Shown piece by piece: positions 28,892 through 38,748 of a DNA stretch of 64,000 nt. The stretch is from a virus (taxonomy: Duplodnaviria > Heunggongvirae > Uroviricota > Caudoviricetes): IMG/VR virus record IMGVR_UViG_3300018080_000113, positions 64,097 through 128,096 of that record; one strand, 5' to 3'. Every line of letters begins with the position of its first letter. The stretch's first letter is position 1. A model generated the notes under the pieces. That model saw only the letters and a program-made list of their open reading frames with translations, was not told the DNA's origin and searched no databases. Both the position numbers and the translations under genes were made by a program.

Positions 28892-30844
28892 ATGAGGCAA
28901 TTGGCAACCAACAAAGTTCGCATCCATTCATGGTCTAAACAAGGATGGAAAGCTAAAACTGCCACAGAAGAACAACGTACACAAATGACAGTTGTACGTC
29001 ATAGGGCTCCATACCGGTCTAATGAACTTACAGGCTTCTACTCAAAGGGCAAAGACCTTGACCTGTTAGATGAAGTACAGGCACAAATTCAAATAGGCTT
29101 AGCGTCTGATGCAATGGATGCTCTTCCAGATCCTTTAAGACAAATGCTTCAGGCTCCTGACGTATGGCATATTGCCAATGGCAAAATAATGAAGATTGTA
29201 GATCCTATCACACAAGCTCAAGATGGCGAGTGGGGTGCCGACAGTAATGAGGCTGACATCGATGTACTTGGAGAAGGAAGAAGTGCAATTCGTATGCTGC
29301 TGGAAGACACACAGGTCATTCAAGCAGATGCGTCTGAAGAAGACTACCAAGACGCAATGGGAGAGCTTCTTGAAACTAACAACGGAGAAATAATCCCAAG
29401 CTCACCAATGGTACGAGTTAACATGGCAGTCCAGTTTATAGGTGACAATGGAGAAGACGACAGCGAAGGAGATTATGACGGAGACGACGTCGTAACCCAA
29501 TTTCAAGAGCCTACTCCAGTTGTACCTCATATCTCTGACGAGATAGCTGACCAAATCAAAGCAATTCGAGATGAATACATTGACAAGATTGAGAATGCAT
29601 CTACTGATGCCGAACGTGAAATTCTCTTGCTTACTATGGACCAAAAGATTGACCAAGTAGCTAGCAGAGAACTATGCAACAAACTTGATAGTCCATATTG
29701 TGGATACAAATACAGTCCACCGAGACGTAAACATGAGTTCATTGTTACAGGACAAGAATCTCATCTGACTGAAGCAGCACAAGAACGTGAAAAGTTCTTT
29801 TACACACTGCTGGCAGAAGCATCTTCCTGTAAGAGCATGGAAGCTATGCATGGTCCTATTGTAGAAGAGACTTATATCGATAAACTGAATGGAGAAGAAA
29901 AGGTCAAGAGAGGGCGTCCTGGAGGCTTTGCAGGGCATGTTCGTGGCATGTATCAACATGATCGTGATCTAGCACGTGAATGGAGCATAACAGGAGACGA
30001 CAGTGCTTTTGAAAAGCAACGTACTGAACTGATACGTAAACTTCGTGAGGAAGGAAAAGACGAAGAGACTGTTCGTAGAAGTGTATTCGCATGGTTTGAC
30101 AGAATAGCTGGAGTAATTCCTGCCGAATACAAAGACGGCAAGCTTACCAAAGAGGGCAAAAAGTGGAAAGATTCTATCTGGAGACAGAAAAGAACTGACG
30201 CACTGAAGGACCTCTTTCTAACCAAGGCACAATGGAATGGTGTCTACAAGATGATGGGACTACAGAAGGAACGCATCAAGCTCAACGTTAACACTAACGA
30301 CAATGAGCGTAAGGCTATTGCCATATTGCAAAAGTACTTTGAGCGTATCACCAATCTTCAAGATTTAAAGGCATACCGTCAATGGGCCGAGAAGAGAAAG
30401 TTTATCTATAAGACAGAAGAGAAGACATGGACTGATGATAATGGTCGAGAGCGTACCAAAACAGTCCGCAAGTGGAACACTTATGACTTCAATATGTCGA
30501 TGGTTGATTATCTCTCCACAAACAATGCTGCCAGATGGTGGAAAGGGTTGATGAAGAAAGAACATTACCTACAAGACAGAATTTCATTGTTTAACAAGTT
30601 AGACGATAACATTATTACAGCTCAAGACACAGAGCTTGATGAAGTATCTGTCTCTTGTCCTTATCCTAAATGTGAGGGCATGGCCATTAACAAGCCAAAG
30701 TTTGCAGAACTAAAAGATGGCAAAGGTCATTTGTTTGTTGAATGTGAATGTGGACGTAACGTATGGCTGCTGGGCCACAAAGAATCTGGCTCTGACATTA
30801 AAACCATGGAGGAAGCAGTAAATGCATATAGCAATATGGAATAA
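28892..30844 (+). CDS. large hypothetical protein with C-terminal zinc ribbon (possible replication-associated)
   Basis: 650-aa ORF; C-terminus CPYPKC ... CECGRN. Confidence 0.55.
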   Translation: MRQLATNKVRIHSWSKQGWKAKTATEEQRTQMTVVRHRAPYRSNELTGFYSKGKDLDLLDEVQAQIQIGLASDAMDALPDPLRQMLQAPDVWHIANGKIMKIVDPITQAQDGEWGADSNEADIDVLGEGRSAIRMLLEDTQVIQADASEEDYQDAMGELLETNNGEIIPSSPMVRVNMAVQFIGDNGEDDSEGDYDGDDVVTQFQEPTPVVPHISDEIADQIKAIRDEYIDKIENASTDAEREILLLTMDQKIDQVASRELCNKLDSPYCGYKYSPPRRKHEFIVTGQESHLTEAAQEREKFFYTLLAEASSCKSMEAMHGPIVEETYIDKLNGEEKVKRGRPGGFAGHVRGMYQHDRDLAREWSITGDDSAFEKQRTELIRKLREEGKDEETVRRSVFAWFDRIAGVIPAEYKDGKLTKEGKKWKDSIWRQKRTDALKDLFLTKAQWNGVYKMMGLQKERIKLNVNTNDNERKAIAILQKYFERITNLQDLKAYRQWAEKRKFIYKTEEKTWTDDNGRERTKTVRKWNTYDFNMSMVDYLSTNNAARWWKGLMKKEHYLQDRISLFNKLDDNIITAQDTELDEVSVSCPYPKCEGMAINKPKFAELKDGKGHLFVECECGRNVWLLGHKESGSDIKTMEEAVNAYSNME

Positions 30845-31304
30845 TCAAAAGTTCTATGAAGCTGGAGATACTGTTCCTGAATCACTCATTGTTTCTACAG
30901 TTCCTTGTGGAGACGTTATATTGTCTACAGGAGAATACAACCCCGAAGGGGAAGAGGTTCTTGTGTCGGCCGAGGCATATCTGATTGATAGAAAAAGATA
31001 TGATCTCGGGAATGACTACACTTTAAAGGCTGTAGTTCGTGACAACATGTTGATTCCTAAGCTTAGGAGGTCAAAGGGCCAAGAACAATATGTAACAACA
31101 AGATTGATTAAACCATCACAACGACATCAGCCTGTTCGTGTTGGTGACATGTTAGAGCATTGGCCTATGCTAGAAAAGATGTGGACTGACAAAGAAGAGG
31201 CTGTTGAAGAGATTGTTGAAGAAGCCCTTTGTGCAATTGAAGAAGCAAGCGAAATCACAGAAGATTTTGCACTAACAAATAATGTCGAAGAAATCGACGA
31301 ATAA
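30822..31304 (+). CDS. hypothetical protein with acidic C-terminus
   Basis: 160-aa ORF with GGAGGA SD. Confidence 0.45.
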   Translation: MHIAIWNNQKFYEAGDTVPESLIVSTVPCGDVILSTGEYNPEGEEVLVSAEAYLIDRKRYDLGNDYTLKAVVRDNMLIPKLRRSKGQEQYVTTRLIKPSQRHQPVRVGDMLEHWPMLEKMWTDKEEAVEEIVEEALCAIEEASEITEDFALTNNVEEIDE

Positions 31305-31322
31305 ACAAGGAGAAAAGAAAAA

Positions 31323-32699
31323 ATGAAATTACTTATTGTCTTGATCGGATTGTTCTTGATCATTGGATTTGCGGTATTGAAGTTCGTTATCATGCCGCTG
31401 CAAAAGAAGAAACTTAGTTGGAAAACATGGGCTGCAGGTACATGTGCAGGTCTTATCTCGTTGGTTCTTAGTGGCTCATTTTTCTATGCCGAACCAGGAT
31501 ACAGTTATCTAGTTCAGTACCCAACAGGTACTCAAATTGCAGTGACAACACCAGGTTATCATATGTATTGGTACGGTACTGTTTTGGACTTTAAGAAAGT
31601 TGTAACGGTTCGGCTTACCAATGAAAAGGATAATGATTCAGAAACTGCAACAGTCAATGATAACAGTGTAGTTGTTCGGTTTAATGATGCTGTTGTAGCA
31701 CAGATTAGTTCAAGTACTAGGTTTAGGATTCCTGAGGACCCTGCTTTGTTTAAGAAACTTGCTGTTGACTACAGGTCATTGAATAATTTGGTTCAGAGTT
31801 CATTGGTTCCAGTAACGAAAGAAGTTATTCGAAATTCAGCACGTGAGTTGTCGGCACAAGACTATGTAACAGGGCAAGGCGGTCAATTTGAACAGAATGT
31901 TCTTGATCAACTTGAGAATGGTATTGTTGTTTTGCGCATTGAAGATGAGAAGGTTCCAATTAAGGTCACTGATGCTGATGTGCCTCGTGATGTACAACTT
32001 GAAGCAGAAAATATTAAAGCTGCCATTGTACAGAAAAATACTGATCGTGGTGTAGATGAATCTAGCAGGACTTATCGTCGAGTAATTAGAGTAAAGAATG
32101 CTGACGGTTCGCTGAAACGTAAGAAGCATCCTTTGGTTCAGTATGGCATTCAAGTAACTCAATCTACTATCGAAGGAGTTGTTCCTGAGAAGAAGTTCCA
32201 AGAGATGTTGGCACACCAACGAGACGCAGCAGCACGTTCAGCAGTTGCAAGGCAAGAAGCCAAACAAGCTGAATATGAGAAACAAAAGGTTATTGCTCGT
32301 GGTGAGACTGAGAAAGCTCGTGTAAAGATGGAGCAAGAGAAAAATCAGGTTGAGAAGCTTGTGTCAGCTGAGACTCAGAAGAAGCAAGAAGAAATTCTGC
32401 TTGATCAAGCTCGTATCAATAAAGAGAGAGTTGAAGTTGAGGCCAAGGCATTGTTGACAATGGCAACTGCCGAAGCAGATGCACGTAAGGCAAAGATGCT
32501 TGCGGACGGTGCTCTTGAACAAAAACTTGATAGTTGGGTCAAGATTAATCAAGCATGGGCAGCAGCTGCCGCAAACCATCAGATGGTTCCAACCACAGTT
32601 ATTGGTGGCGATGGTGACAATCCAAGTTCTAATGATTTCATTAACTTGATGACTGCAATGTCTGCACAACAGTTGAATCTTAAACCTGTTGTGAAGTAA
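31323..32699 (+). CDS. SPFH/band-7 (HflC/prohibitin-like) membrane protein
   Basis: N-terminal TM helix, an SPFH-like core, then a long Ala/Glu/Lys/Gln coiled-coil tail (QEAKQAEYEKQKVIARGETEKARV...). Confidence 0.55.
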   Translation: MKLLIVLIGLFLIIGFAVLKFVIMPLQKKKLSWKTWAAGTCAGLISLVLSGSFFYAEPGYSYLVQYPTGTQIAVTTPGYHMYWYGTVLDFKKVVTVRLTNEKDNDSETATVNDNSVVVRFNDAVVAQISSSTRFRIPEDPALFKKLAVDYRSLNNLVQSSLVPVTKEVIRNSARELSAQDYVTGQGGQFEQNVLDQLENGIVVLRIEDEKVPIKVTDADVPRDVQLEAENIKAAIVQKNTDRGVDESSRTYRRVIRVKNADGSLKRKKHPLVQYGIQVTQSTIEGVVPEKKFQEMLAHQRDAAARSAVARQEAKQAEYEKQKVIARGETEKARVKMEQEKNQVEKLVSAETQKKQEEILLDQARINKERVEVEAKALLTMATAEADARKAKMLADGALEQKLDSWVKINQAWAAAAANHQMVPTTVIGGDGDNPSSNDFINLMTAMSAQQLNLKPVVK

Positions 32700-32771
32700 A
32701 GTTAAAGCATGGCGAGACTCCTGGGTATGAGTTTATAAACTGCCCCATTTTATATCAAAGGAGGGAAACAG

Positions 32772-32954
32772 ATGAAAATAACAGCGAGGAAAAGGACTCG
32801 TTGTAAGTGTGGATGCTGGGTAAATCCAGGTGATATTATTACATGGAGTTCAGAAACAAAAAGAACTACTGGCTGTAAACATTGCGGACAAACCGGCTAT
32901 CCTCCAGACTGTCCTGATTCTGATGATATAAGGTGGGATAGATTGGGCAATTAA
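32772..32954 (+). CDS. zinc-ribbon small protein
   Basis: CKCGC ... CKHCGQ; GGAGGG SD. Confidence 0.45.
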   Translation: MKITARKRTRCKCGCWVNPGDIITWSSETKRTTGCKHCGQTGYPPDCPDSDDIRWDRLGN

Positions 32955-32966
32955 CTATTCATTTTC

Positions 32967-33339
32967 GGGTCTGACACGGTTTAGACTTTATTGTGACGGG
33001 TGACAATGCATGTCTCGGGGTGGGTATCACCGAGTTAAAAAGATAACCAAAACAGTAATTGGCGAAGATTACTACCCAATGCAGGCTGCTGCTTAAGCAC
33101 CTGCCGTCAACGCTAGCAAGTGTTACATAACTAGTTGAGGCGTCATTTTATGTAATTGCTCTCAAGGAGTTACCGGATGTACTTGAGAAAAGACTAAATA
33201 TCCTGTCCCTAGAATATGATTGTTTTGTTTGTTTTATCAATTATATGAGAGGGTGGCTCGGTAAAGAAAACATTCTAAACATGTGAATGATTTGCATTTA
33301 GATCAATGAAGGACCTCGGTTCGACTCCGAGCAGATCCA
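32967..33339 (+). ncRNA. ssrA: tmRNA (SsrA), one-piece; predicted tag GEDYYPMQAAA-stop
   Basis: 5' GGGTCTG pairs with 3' CAGATCC, giving a G3:U70 alanine identity pair. The 3' end is GGAC + T-arm (CTCGG TTCGACT CCGAG) + acceptor + discriminator A. GTGACGGG lies near the 5' end. An A-rich run precedes the tag frame 33061-33096, which ends GCT GCT GCT TAA. Confidence 0.7.
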
Positions 33340-33523
33340 AAATCAATGTTTTGTATTAGTTTCCAGTTTCTCTATAAGAACTGGTGGTGGAGGCGATGGG
33401 AAACCTGAGCCCTTGTCGTGAACTGGGTGCGACATAAAACAATACGGTGCGAAACCAGAGGCGAACGTCTTAATCCTCGACAGTAAAATCAGGCGTGACT
33501 ACTAGGAGAGACTAGTTCTTTAT

Positions 33524-33624
33524 ATCCAAGTAGCTCAATTGTCCCGGAATACGGATTTGGCAGAGCAACAGCAGCCTAAAAATGGCTGTTGTATGGGTTA
33601 CAGGTTCAAGTCCTGTCTTGGATA
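33524..33624 (+). ncRNA. extended tRNA-like RNA (101 nt), unresolved
   Basis: Acceptor ATCCAAG/CTTGGAT. D-arm GCTC...GAGC with a 17-nt D-loop insertion. 9-bp anticodon-like stem. T-arm ACAGG TTCAAGT CCTGT. Confidence 0.35.
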
Positions 33625-33841
33625 CGATGTCATACTCTAGTATGCTGGAGACTCTTGATAAATACGCATACTTTCTCATGATTGCTTGGTGAAGCAACTT
33701 AGACATAAAGAAGCAGGACCTATACAAGCCACTACTTATAAAAAGCGACTGAGGACCAGTAGATTTTGTCAGTGGGTTCAGACAAAGTTGGCTAACCACC
33801 TTCTAGCTTAAGCTTCTTTATGTCTGTGAGATTTTAATTTA

Positions 33842-34013
33842 GTCAGAGTAGTGGAATGGTATACATGGCGAGTTAGCTACTCGTGAGCGGAACCAACTAG
33901 TCATTATTAAAGTTGTTTATATTATTGTATGTGCATGCTAGCTAGACACATACAACTTTTAAAATACATTGATTAGGAAGCTAACGTTGCAGGTTCGAAT
34001 CCTGCCTCTGACA
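33842..34013 (+). ncRNA. 172-nt tRNA-like RNA (class II-type D-arm), paralogue of the 38381 locus
   Basis: Acceptor GTCAGAG/CTCTGAC. D-arm GTGGAATGGTA. T-arm GCAGG TTCGAAT CCTGC. About 100 nt of internal insert. Confidence 0.4.
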
Positions 34014-34026
34014 CAAAGGAGAGAAC

Positions 34027-34401
34027 ATGTGGTGTGAAGTATACTTTAAGGTGATAGTAGCAGGAGGTAGAGACTTTAAGAATTATAACCTTTTAGAAAA
34101 GAAACTTGATGTGTTATTGTCCAACAAGGTGTCAGATCATACTATTGTTATTGTGAGTGGCGGTGCGAATGGTGCCGATAAGCTTGGGGAAAGATATGCC
34201 AAAAAGAGGAACTATAAGGTAGATAAGTTTCCAGCTGATTGGGATAAATATGGAAAACGTGCTGGGTATCTTAGAAATGAAGAAATGGCTAAGCATGGTG
34301 ATGTTCTTGTAGCATTTTGGGATGGCGTGTCTCGTGGAACTGGCCACATGATTAACATTATGAAAAGGCTTAATAAGCCTGTAAAGATTGTAAGATATTG
34401 A
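34027..34401 (+). CDS. DUF2493-like SLOG-family (DprA/LOG-like Rossmann) protein
   Basis: Pattern VIVAGGRDF ... IVSGGANGADKLGERYA ... PADWDKYGKRAGYLRN ... VAFWDG.SRGT. Confidence 0.5.
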   Translation: MWCEVYFKVIVAGGRDFKNYNLLEKKLDVLLSNKVSDHTIVIVSGGANGADKLGERYAKKRNYKVDKFPADWDKYGKRAGYLRNEEMAKHGDVLVAFWDGVSRGTGHMINIMKRLNKPVKIVRY

Positions 34402-34402
34402 T

Positions 34403-35113
34403 ATGACATTTGAAATTGGACAAGAAGTAAAAACAACAGGCATTGGTGGCATATTCCCCAACTATAAGGCTTGGGCAGAAAACTTTGGGCTTAAAAATTA
34501 TCGCCCAAACAAATATCCTAATCAGGCTAATGTAGTTGTGATAGCAACTGGTAAACATTTAAAAGAAGATAAGTACGGAACTATTTATGGCATTACTCAA
34601 AATGGAATCGATTATATTATAGATGGTCGCTTTCTTCGAGCATTGACTGAAGAAGAAATGCTTGTCAGTACAAAAATAACATTACCTTCTCCAAATCCTT
34701 CTTGTCCTTCTACAAAAATTGATTCATCTCTTTGGTTTAAAAAGTCTATCTGTCATGCTATGACATTTGAGTTTCCTAATGGAGATGTTATTAGTGTGCC
34801 TGGTCCAAAAGAGGAAATTAGAGAAGAATATAAAGTTGAGAAACTAGAATACAGAGACCGTACTGATTCTTTTGTTTTGTTTGATTATTTTATGCCGCGC
34901 GCACAGATGATGAAGCTATCTAATGGTGAAACTCTAAGGTTTTTAAATATACAAGCACGACAGATTATTAAAGAATATAGAGTAAGAATTAATTTAGAAA
35001 CTCCTCGTATTCTTTCATATACTGTCTACAGAGTGACTGTCCTTCGACAAGAAAACAATAAAGAAAACTCATATAAAACTAGTTTTCCAGTACTAAAAGA
35101 ATTTCTTGGATAA
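34403..35113 (+). CDS. hypothetical protein
   Basis: 236-aa ORF. Confidence 0.5.
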   Translation: MTFEIGQEVKTTGIGGIFPNYKAWAENFGLKNYRPNKYPNQANVVVIATGKHLKEDKYGTIYGITQNGIDYIIDGRFLRALTEEEMLVSTKITLPSPNPSCPSTKIDSSLWFKKSICHAMTFEFPNGDVISVPGPKEEIREEYKVEKLEYRDRTDSFVLFDYFMPRAQMMKLSNGETLRFLNIQARQIIKEYRVRINLETPRILSYTVYRVTVLRQENNKENSYKTSFPVLKEFLG

Positions 35114-35504
35114 AGGAGAAAAAACAATGATAGGAACATTATTTTTGATCGCACTAGTAATTGTGATAACTATTGCAGTAGCAGTAAGAACAAAGACAAC
35201 AGAATATAGTGGAATTAGAGGAATTTGCGAGATTGCTATTCTACTGGGAGGCATAGTTTTAACAGTTATGATTATCATGATTCCATTAATGAGATGCGAG
35301 AGCGATCAAGACATTGTAGGCTTTAAAGAAATACGCAGAACAATCAACGAAGCAAGACTGAATTCTACTTATGAAATAGAAGGCAAAGGACTTGCTATTC
35401 TTATTGCAGAACAAAATGGAATGCTTGCAAGGGCAAAAGAAGCAAACAGAACATGGGATCTGTGGTGTTCAGATGAAGTTGACAATATTCAACCTTTGAA
35501 ATGA
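35106..35504 (+). CDS. membrane protein
   Basis: 132-aa ORF with two TM helices. Confidence 0.45.
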   Translation: MDKGEKTMIGTLFLIALVIVITIAVAVRTKTTEYSGIRGICEIAILLGGIVLTVMIIMIPLMRCESDQDIVGFKEIRRTINEARLNSTYEIEGKGLAILIAEQNGMLARAKEANRTWDLWCSDEVDNIQPLK

Positions 35505-35631
35505 GGTAGCAGTATGGACAAAGTAATCTGCGAAGAGTGCAAGTACGTATATATTGGAGACTGCTACAAATTCATCAGAAAGATAGAGGAACCGGGGGAG
35601 GTAAGCTGATGGAATTTTTGAGGAGAACAAA

Positions 35632-35958
35632 ATGATTTATGTGTTATTGATAATTTGGTTTGTTTGTATATTTATTATGATTCAAAACTATTTTGTTTCT
35701 ACAATTGAAAGAAAATGGATAGAGTGTATTCTAGATCTTAATTTAGAAATAATTGATAAGTGTTTCGAAAAAGAACTTTATCCACATAGAATATTTGGTT
35801 CAAATTGGTCAAATGACAATCATAAAATGATGCCTAGCTCTAGGCGTATGTTCTTTTTGCCAAACTATTGGTTTAAAACAAGAATAGAAGATACCAAAGA
35901 TTTTCAAGAATTTGAGAGACAGGCCAAAGTTATCCTTGATACAATAGATGAAATATAA
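35632..35958 (+). CDS. hypothetical protein with N-terminal TM helix
   Basis: 108-aa ORF. Confidence 0.45.
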   Translation: MIYVLLIIWFVCIFIMIQNYFVSTIERKWIECILDLNLEIIDKCFEKELYPHRIFGSNWSNDNHKMMPSSRRMFFLPNYWFKTRIEDTKDFQEFERQAKVILDTIDEI

Positions 35959-35983
35959 AACAACCAACAGCAGGAGGGTGTCG

Positions 35984-38011
35984 ATGAAAAGAATTATTGT
36001 GTTTCTAGTTTTAATGACAATGCCAACAATTGTGTTTGCGCAGCAAGATCCTGATGACGATGGAATTGTAACAGAAGTATGTACTCCTGTAGACAACTGT
36101 CCAGAGATTGCTAACGCAGAACAAGAAGATTGGGATTCTGACGGTGTAGGAGATGCTTGTGCAGATGTGGATGATGATGGAATTTTCGACGATGTAGACA
36201 ACTGTCTTGAGACTCCTAACATGACTCAATCAGATTGTGATTTAGATGGTATTGGAGATGAGTGCGATAGCACTCCAGGTTGTGATACTGAAACTGAAGA
36301 TACTGATGTAGATACAGATACAGAAACGCCTGTAGGAGACTGCACAACAGTAGACAGTAATGTCTTTGAGCCTATTACAGATAATGTCAGAGATCATATA
36401 CTCTCAATCATCAATAATCCTGATTTTGATAGAGATCTTAACGCTTTCATGACGACTGGAGATTCTCTTTCAGAAGGTGGCGGGGAATATGCCGGGTTCC
36501 TCGGCAATTGTTCTTTTCCTCATTGGCCAATAACTAATGGAATTCCAGACGAGCTGCAAACGTGGGACAAAGCAAAAGATTTGAGCTGTTTTCCAGATCT
36601 TGTAAATTCTGTGGACTTTTTCAATGAGGGTGTTTTTACAGATGGAGACAACTCATACACTCGTGAGAGTATTGCTGACTATCCGTCAATGACTGCTACA
36701 TGGCCATTGACAGGCGATCCTACATACCTCCAACAAGAGATTGATTATACTAATGCTCAATTTGCATTAGTGACGTTTGGTACCAACAATGCTTCTTTGA
36801 TTGATGTGGGCAACCAAGCTGCTGTGGACGGTGTTGTAGATGACATTATGATATTGTCTGAGGAGCTTATTGCACAGGGTGTTGTTCCCGTATTGATCTC
36901 ATTGCCCCCAAGAGCTGATGGTTATTTTTGGCAGAGTGAAGCTATTTCAGAAACTTTGAGAGAAGCTGCTGCAATCTATGAATTACCTTTTGCAGACTGG
37001 CACATGGCTGCTTTGCCTCTCGATAATTATGGAGCTGGAAGTGATGGCGTACACCCTCTTTCATATACTTATAGCAGGACATGTACATTTGATTCGACTG
37101 CAATGGAAAATGGAATGGTAATGCACAATTATGTAGCATTGCAGGTATTGGACAATGTTTATGAAGCTGTCATTGGTTCTGTGGATGGAGATGCGGATAC
37201 CGATGCAGATGCAGATTCAGATGCGGACAGCGACGTTGATAGTGATACGGATACAGATACGGACACAGACACGGATACGGATACGGATACCGACACAGAC
37301 ACGGACACGGACACGGATAGCGGTTCTGGTGATATTTGTGACCAACCTTGGGAGCCAATGGTAACACTTTCATTTAATGATGGTTGGGGTGGGCATTTTC
37401 ATCTTGCCAGACCTGAAATGAACTCTAGAGGAATGGTTGGAACCTTCTATCCGCCTATTTACAATCTGCTGAAAAACAATTCACCAGCCCTTTTAGTAGA
37501 CGATGATTTGATTACATTGGTAGCTGAGGGGCATGAGATTGGCTCTCATACGTGGTCACACCCATCTGACACTGGAATCAGCGAAGAGGATCTCCATTAC
37601 GAACTGGGAGACTCTAAGAGCTATCTTGAAGATCTGCTGGGGGTGGAGATTGTAAGCTTTAATGCTTCTATGTGGGGAATGTCAGACCTTACAAAGAGCA
37701 TTATTCCAATGTATTATGAGAACAATAGGAATTACAGCACTGCATTGAATTTCCAAAATGGTGATGTTTACGATCTTCATGGAACCATGGTAAGTGCTTC
37801 CAATGAAGTTGAGTTTCTGACTGACAAAGTTGACAATGCGATCAACCAAGAAGGTTGGTTGATTCTGTACTGGCACAATATCACAGCAGGATATACAGGC
37901 TGGACATATGAGATTGATAAGTTTGTTGGCGTTCTCGATCATATTGAAGCCAGTGGTATCAATGTGGTTACCGTCAAAGAGGGCGTTGCTAGAATGAACT
38001 GCCCTGAGTAG
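35984..38011 (+). CDS. secreted multi-domain carbohydrate esterase: signal peptide, thrombospondin type-3-like Ca-binding repeats, SGNH/GDSL hydrolase, (TD)n linker, polysaccharide deacetylase (CE4/NodB)
   Basis: ATG 35984 after AGGAGGGTG (MKRIIVFLVLMTMPTIVFAQQ). Repeats of DNCPxxxNxxQxDxDxDGxGDxCD. GDSLSEGG motif. NodB motifs LSFNDGWGG and GHEIGSHTWSHP. Confidence 0.65.
   Translation: MKRIIVFLVLMTMPTIVFAQQDPDDDGIVTEVCTPVDNCPEIANAEQEDWDSDGVGDACADVDDDGIFDDVDNCLETPNMTQSDCDLDGIGDECDSTPGCDTETEDTDVDTDTETPVGDCTTVDSNVFEPITDNVRDHILSIINNPDFDRDLNAFMTTGDSLSEGGGEYAGFLGNCSFPHWPITNGIPDELQTWDKAKDLSCFPDLVNSVDFFNEGVFTDGDNSYTRESIADYPSMTATWPLTGDPTYLQQEIDYTNAQFALVTFGTNNASLIDVGNQAAVDGVVDDIMILSEELIAQGVVPVLISLPPRADGYFWQSEAISETLREAAAIYELPFADWHMAALPLDNYGAGSDGVHPLSYTYSRTCTFDSTAMENGMVMHNYVALQVLDNVYEAVIGSVDGDADTDADADSDADSDVDSDTDTDTDTDTDTDTDTDTDTDTDTDSGSGDICDQPWEPMVTLSFNDGWGGHFHLARPEMNSRGMVGTFYPPIYNLLKNNSPALLVDDDLITLVAEGHEIGSHTWSHPSDTGISEEDLHYELGDSKSYLEDLLGVEIVSFNASMWGMSDLTKSIIPMYYENNRNYSTALNFQNGDVYDLHGTMVSASNEVEFLTDKVDNAINQEGWLILYWHNITAGYTGWTYEIDKFVGVLDHIEASGINVVTVKEGVARMNCPE
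37189..37322 (+). repeat. Asp-rich hexanucleotide microsatellite (GATACG/GACACA)n encoding (TD/DA/DS)n linker inside the esterase gene
   Basis: About 20 near-perfect 6-nt units seen directly. Confidence 0.8.
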
Positions 38012-38380
38012 TATGCAAAGAATCTGTTAGGAGCTAGGCTTAGAAGCAGCCATGCTTTAAAGAGTTTCAGTTAAGCTAAGGCCTGTTACCCGATACTGTT
38101 GCTACAGTGGGTCTCTCATAAATATGCAGGATAAGAGCTGAAGAGTTATAACTTGTCTCAGTATGGGTGAGGAGAGCAACTACCATATGTTAAGCAGAGA
38201 ATCTGCGGAGTAAATAACTCGATTGAATTTGGCGTGACAGCACACTATCAGATCGGTCCTGAGTATGACCTAATAACTGCTCTGTTTTCCTAGGTGAGGG
38301 ACGCTGAGAACAGAGCTGAGCCTGCGGGCGATGACGCGAATTCGGACGCGAAAGACCCAAGCTGGATGTACCAGACAGGC

Positions 38381-38552
38381 GGGTGGAATGCCCGTTATTT
38401 ATCCAGGTGGCGGAATGGTAGACGCTAAATGGTTAGGACATCCAAATTCATGAGCAACCAATAAATAGGCCGAGTCATGAAGGAGGACCGTCGCAGGGCC
38501 TTGATTAATTACCAAGGTGTCGCTCGAAATGGTCCGTGCAGGTTCGAGTCCT
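38381..38552 (+). ncRNA. 172-nt tRNA-like RNA with class II-type D-arm and an internal Y-RNA-like module (GGCCGAGTCATGAAGG)
   Basis: Acceptor ATCCAGG/CCTGGAT. D-arm GCGGAATGGTAGACGC. T-arm GCAGG TTCGAGT CCTGC. About 80 nt inserted between the D-arm and a CCTTG-ATTAATTAC-CAAGG hairpin. Confidence 0.45.
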
Positions 38553-38748
38553 GCCCTGGATATTATTCTCTAAGATAAGGATTAGATTATGAATATGTTA
38601 TTTTTGGTGCCTACAATTGTAATGGTTATTCTAAAGCTTGCTAGTCTGGTTACGTGGTCGTGGCCTTTTTGTTTATTTCCAGCTATGATTTATATTGTAA
38701 TTATTGCTCTTGTAGTAATATTTGATGGTTCAAACATAGGATAAAGAA

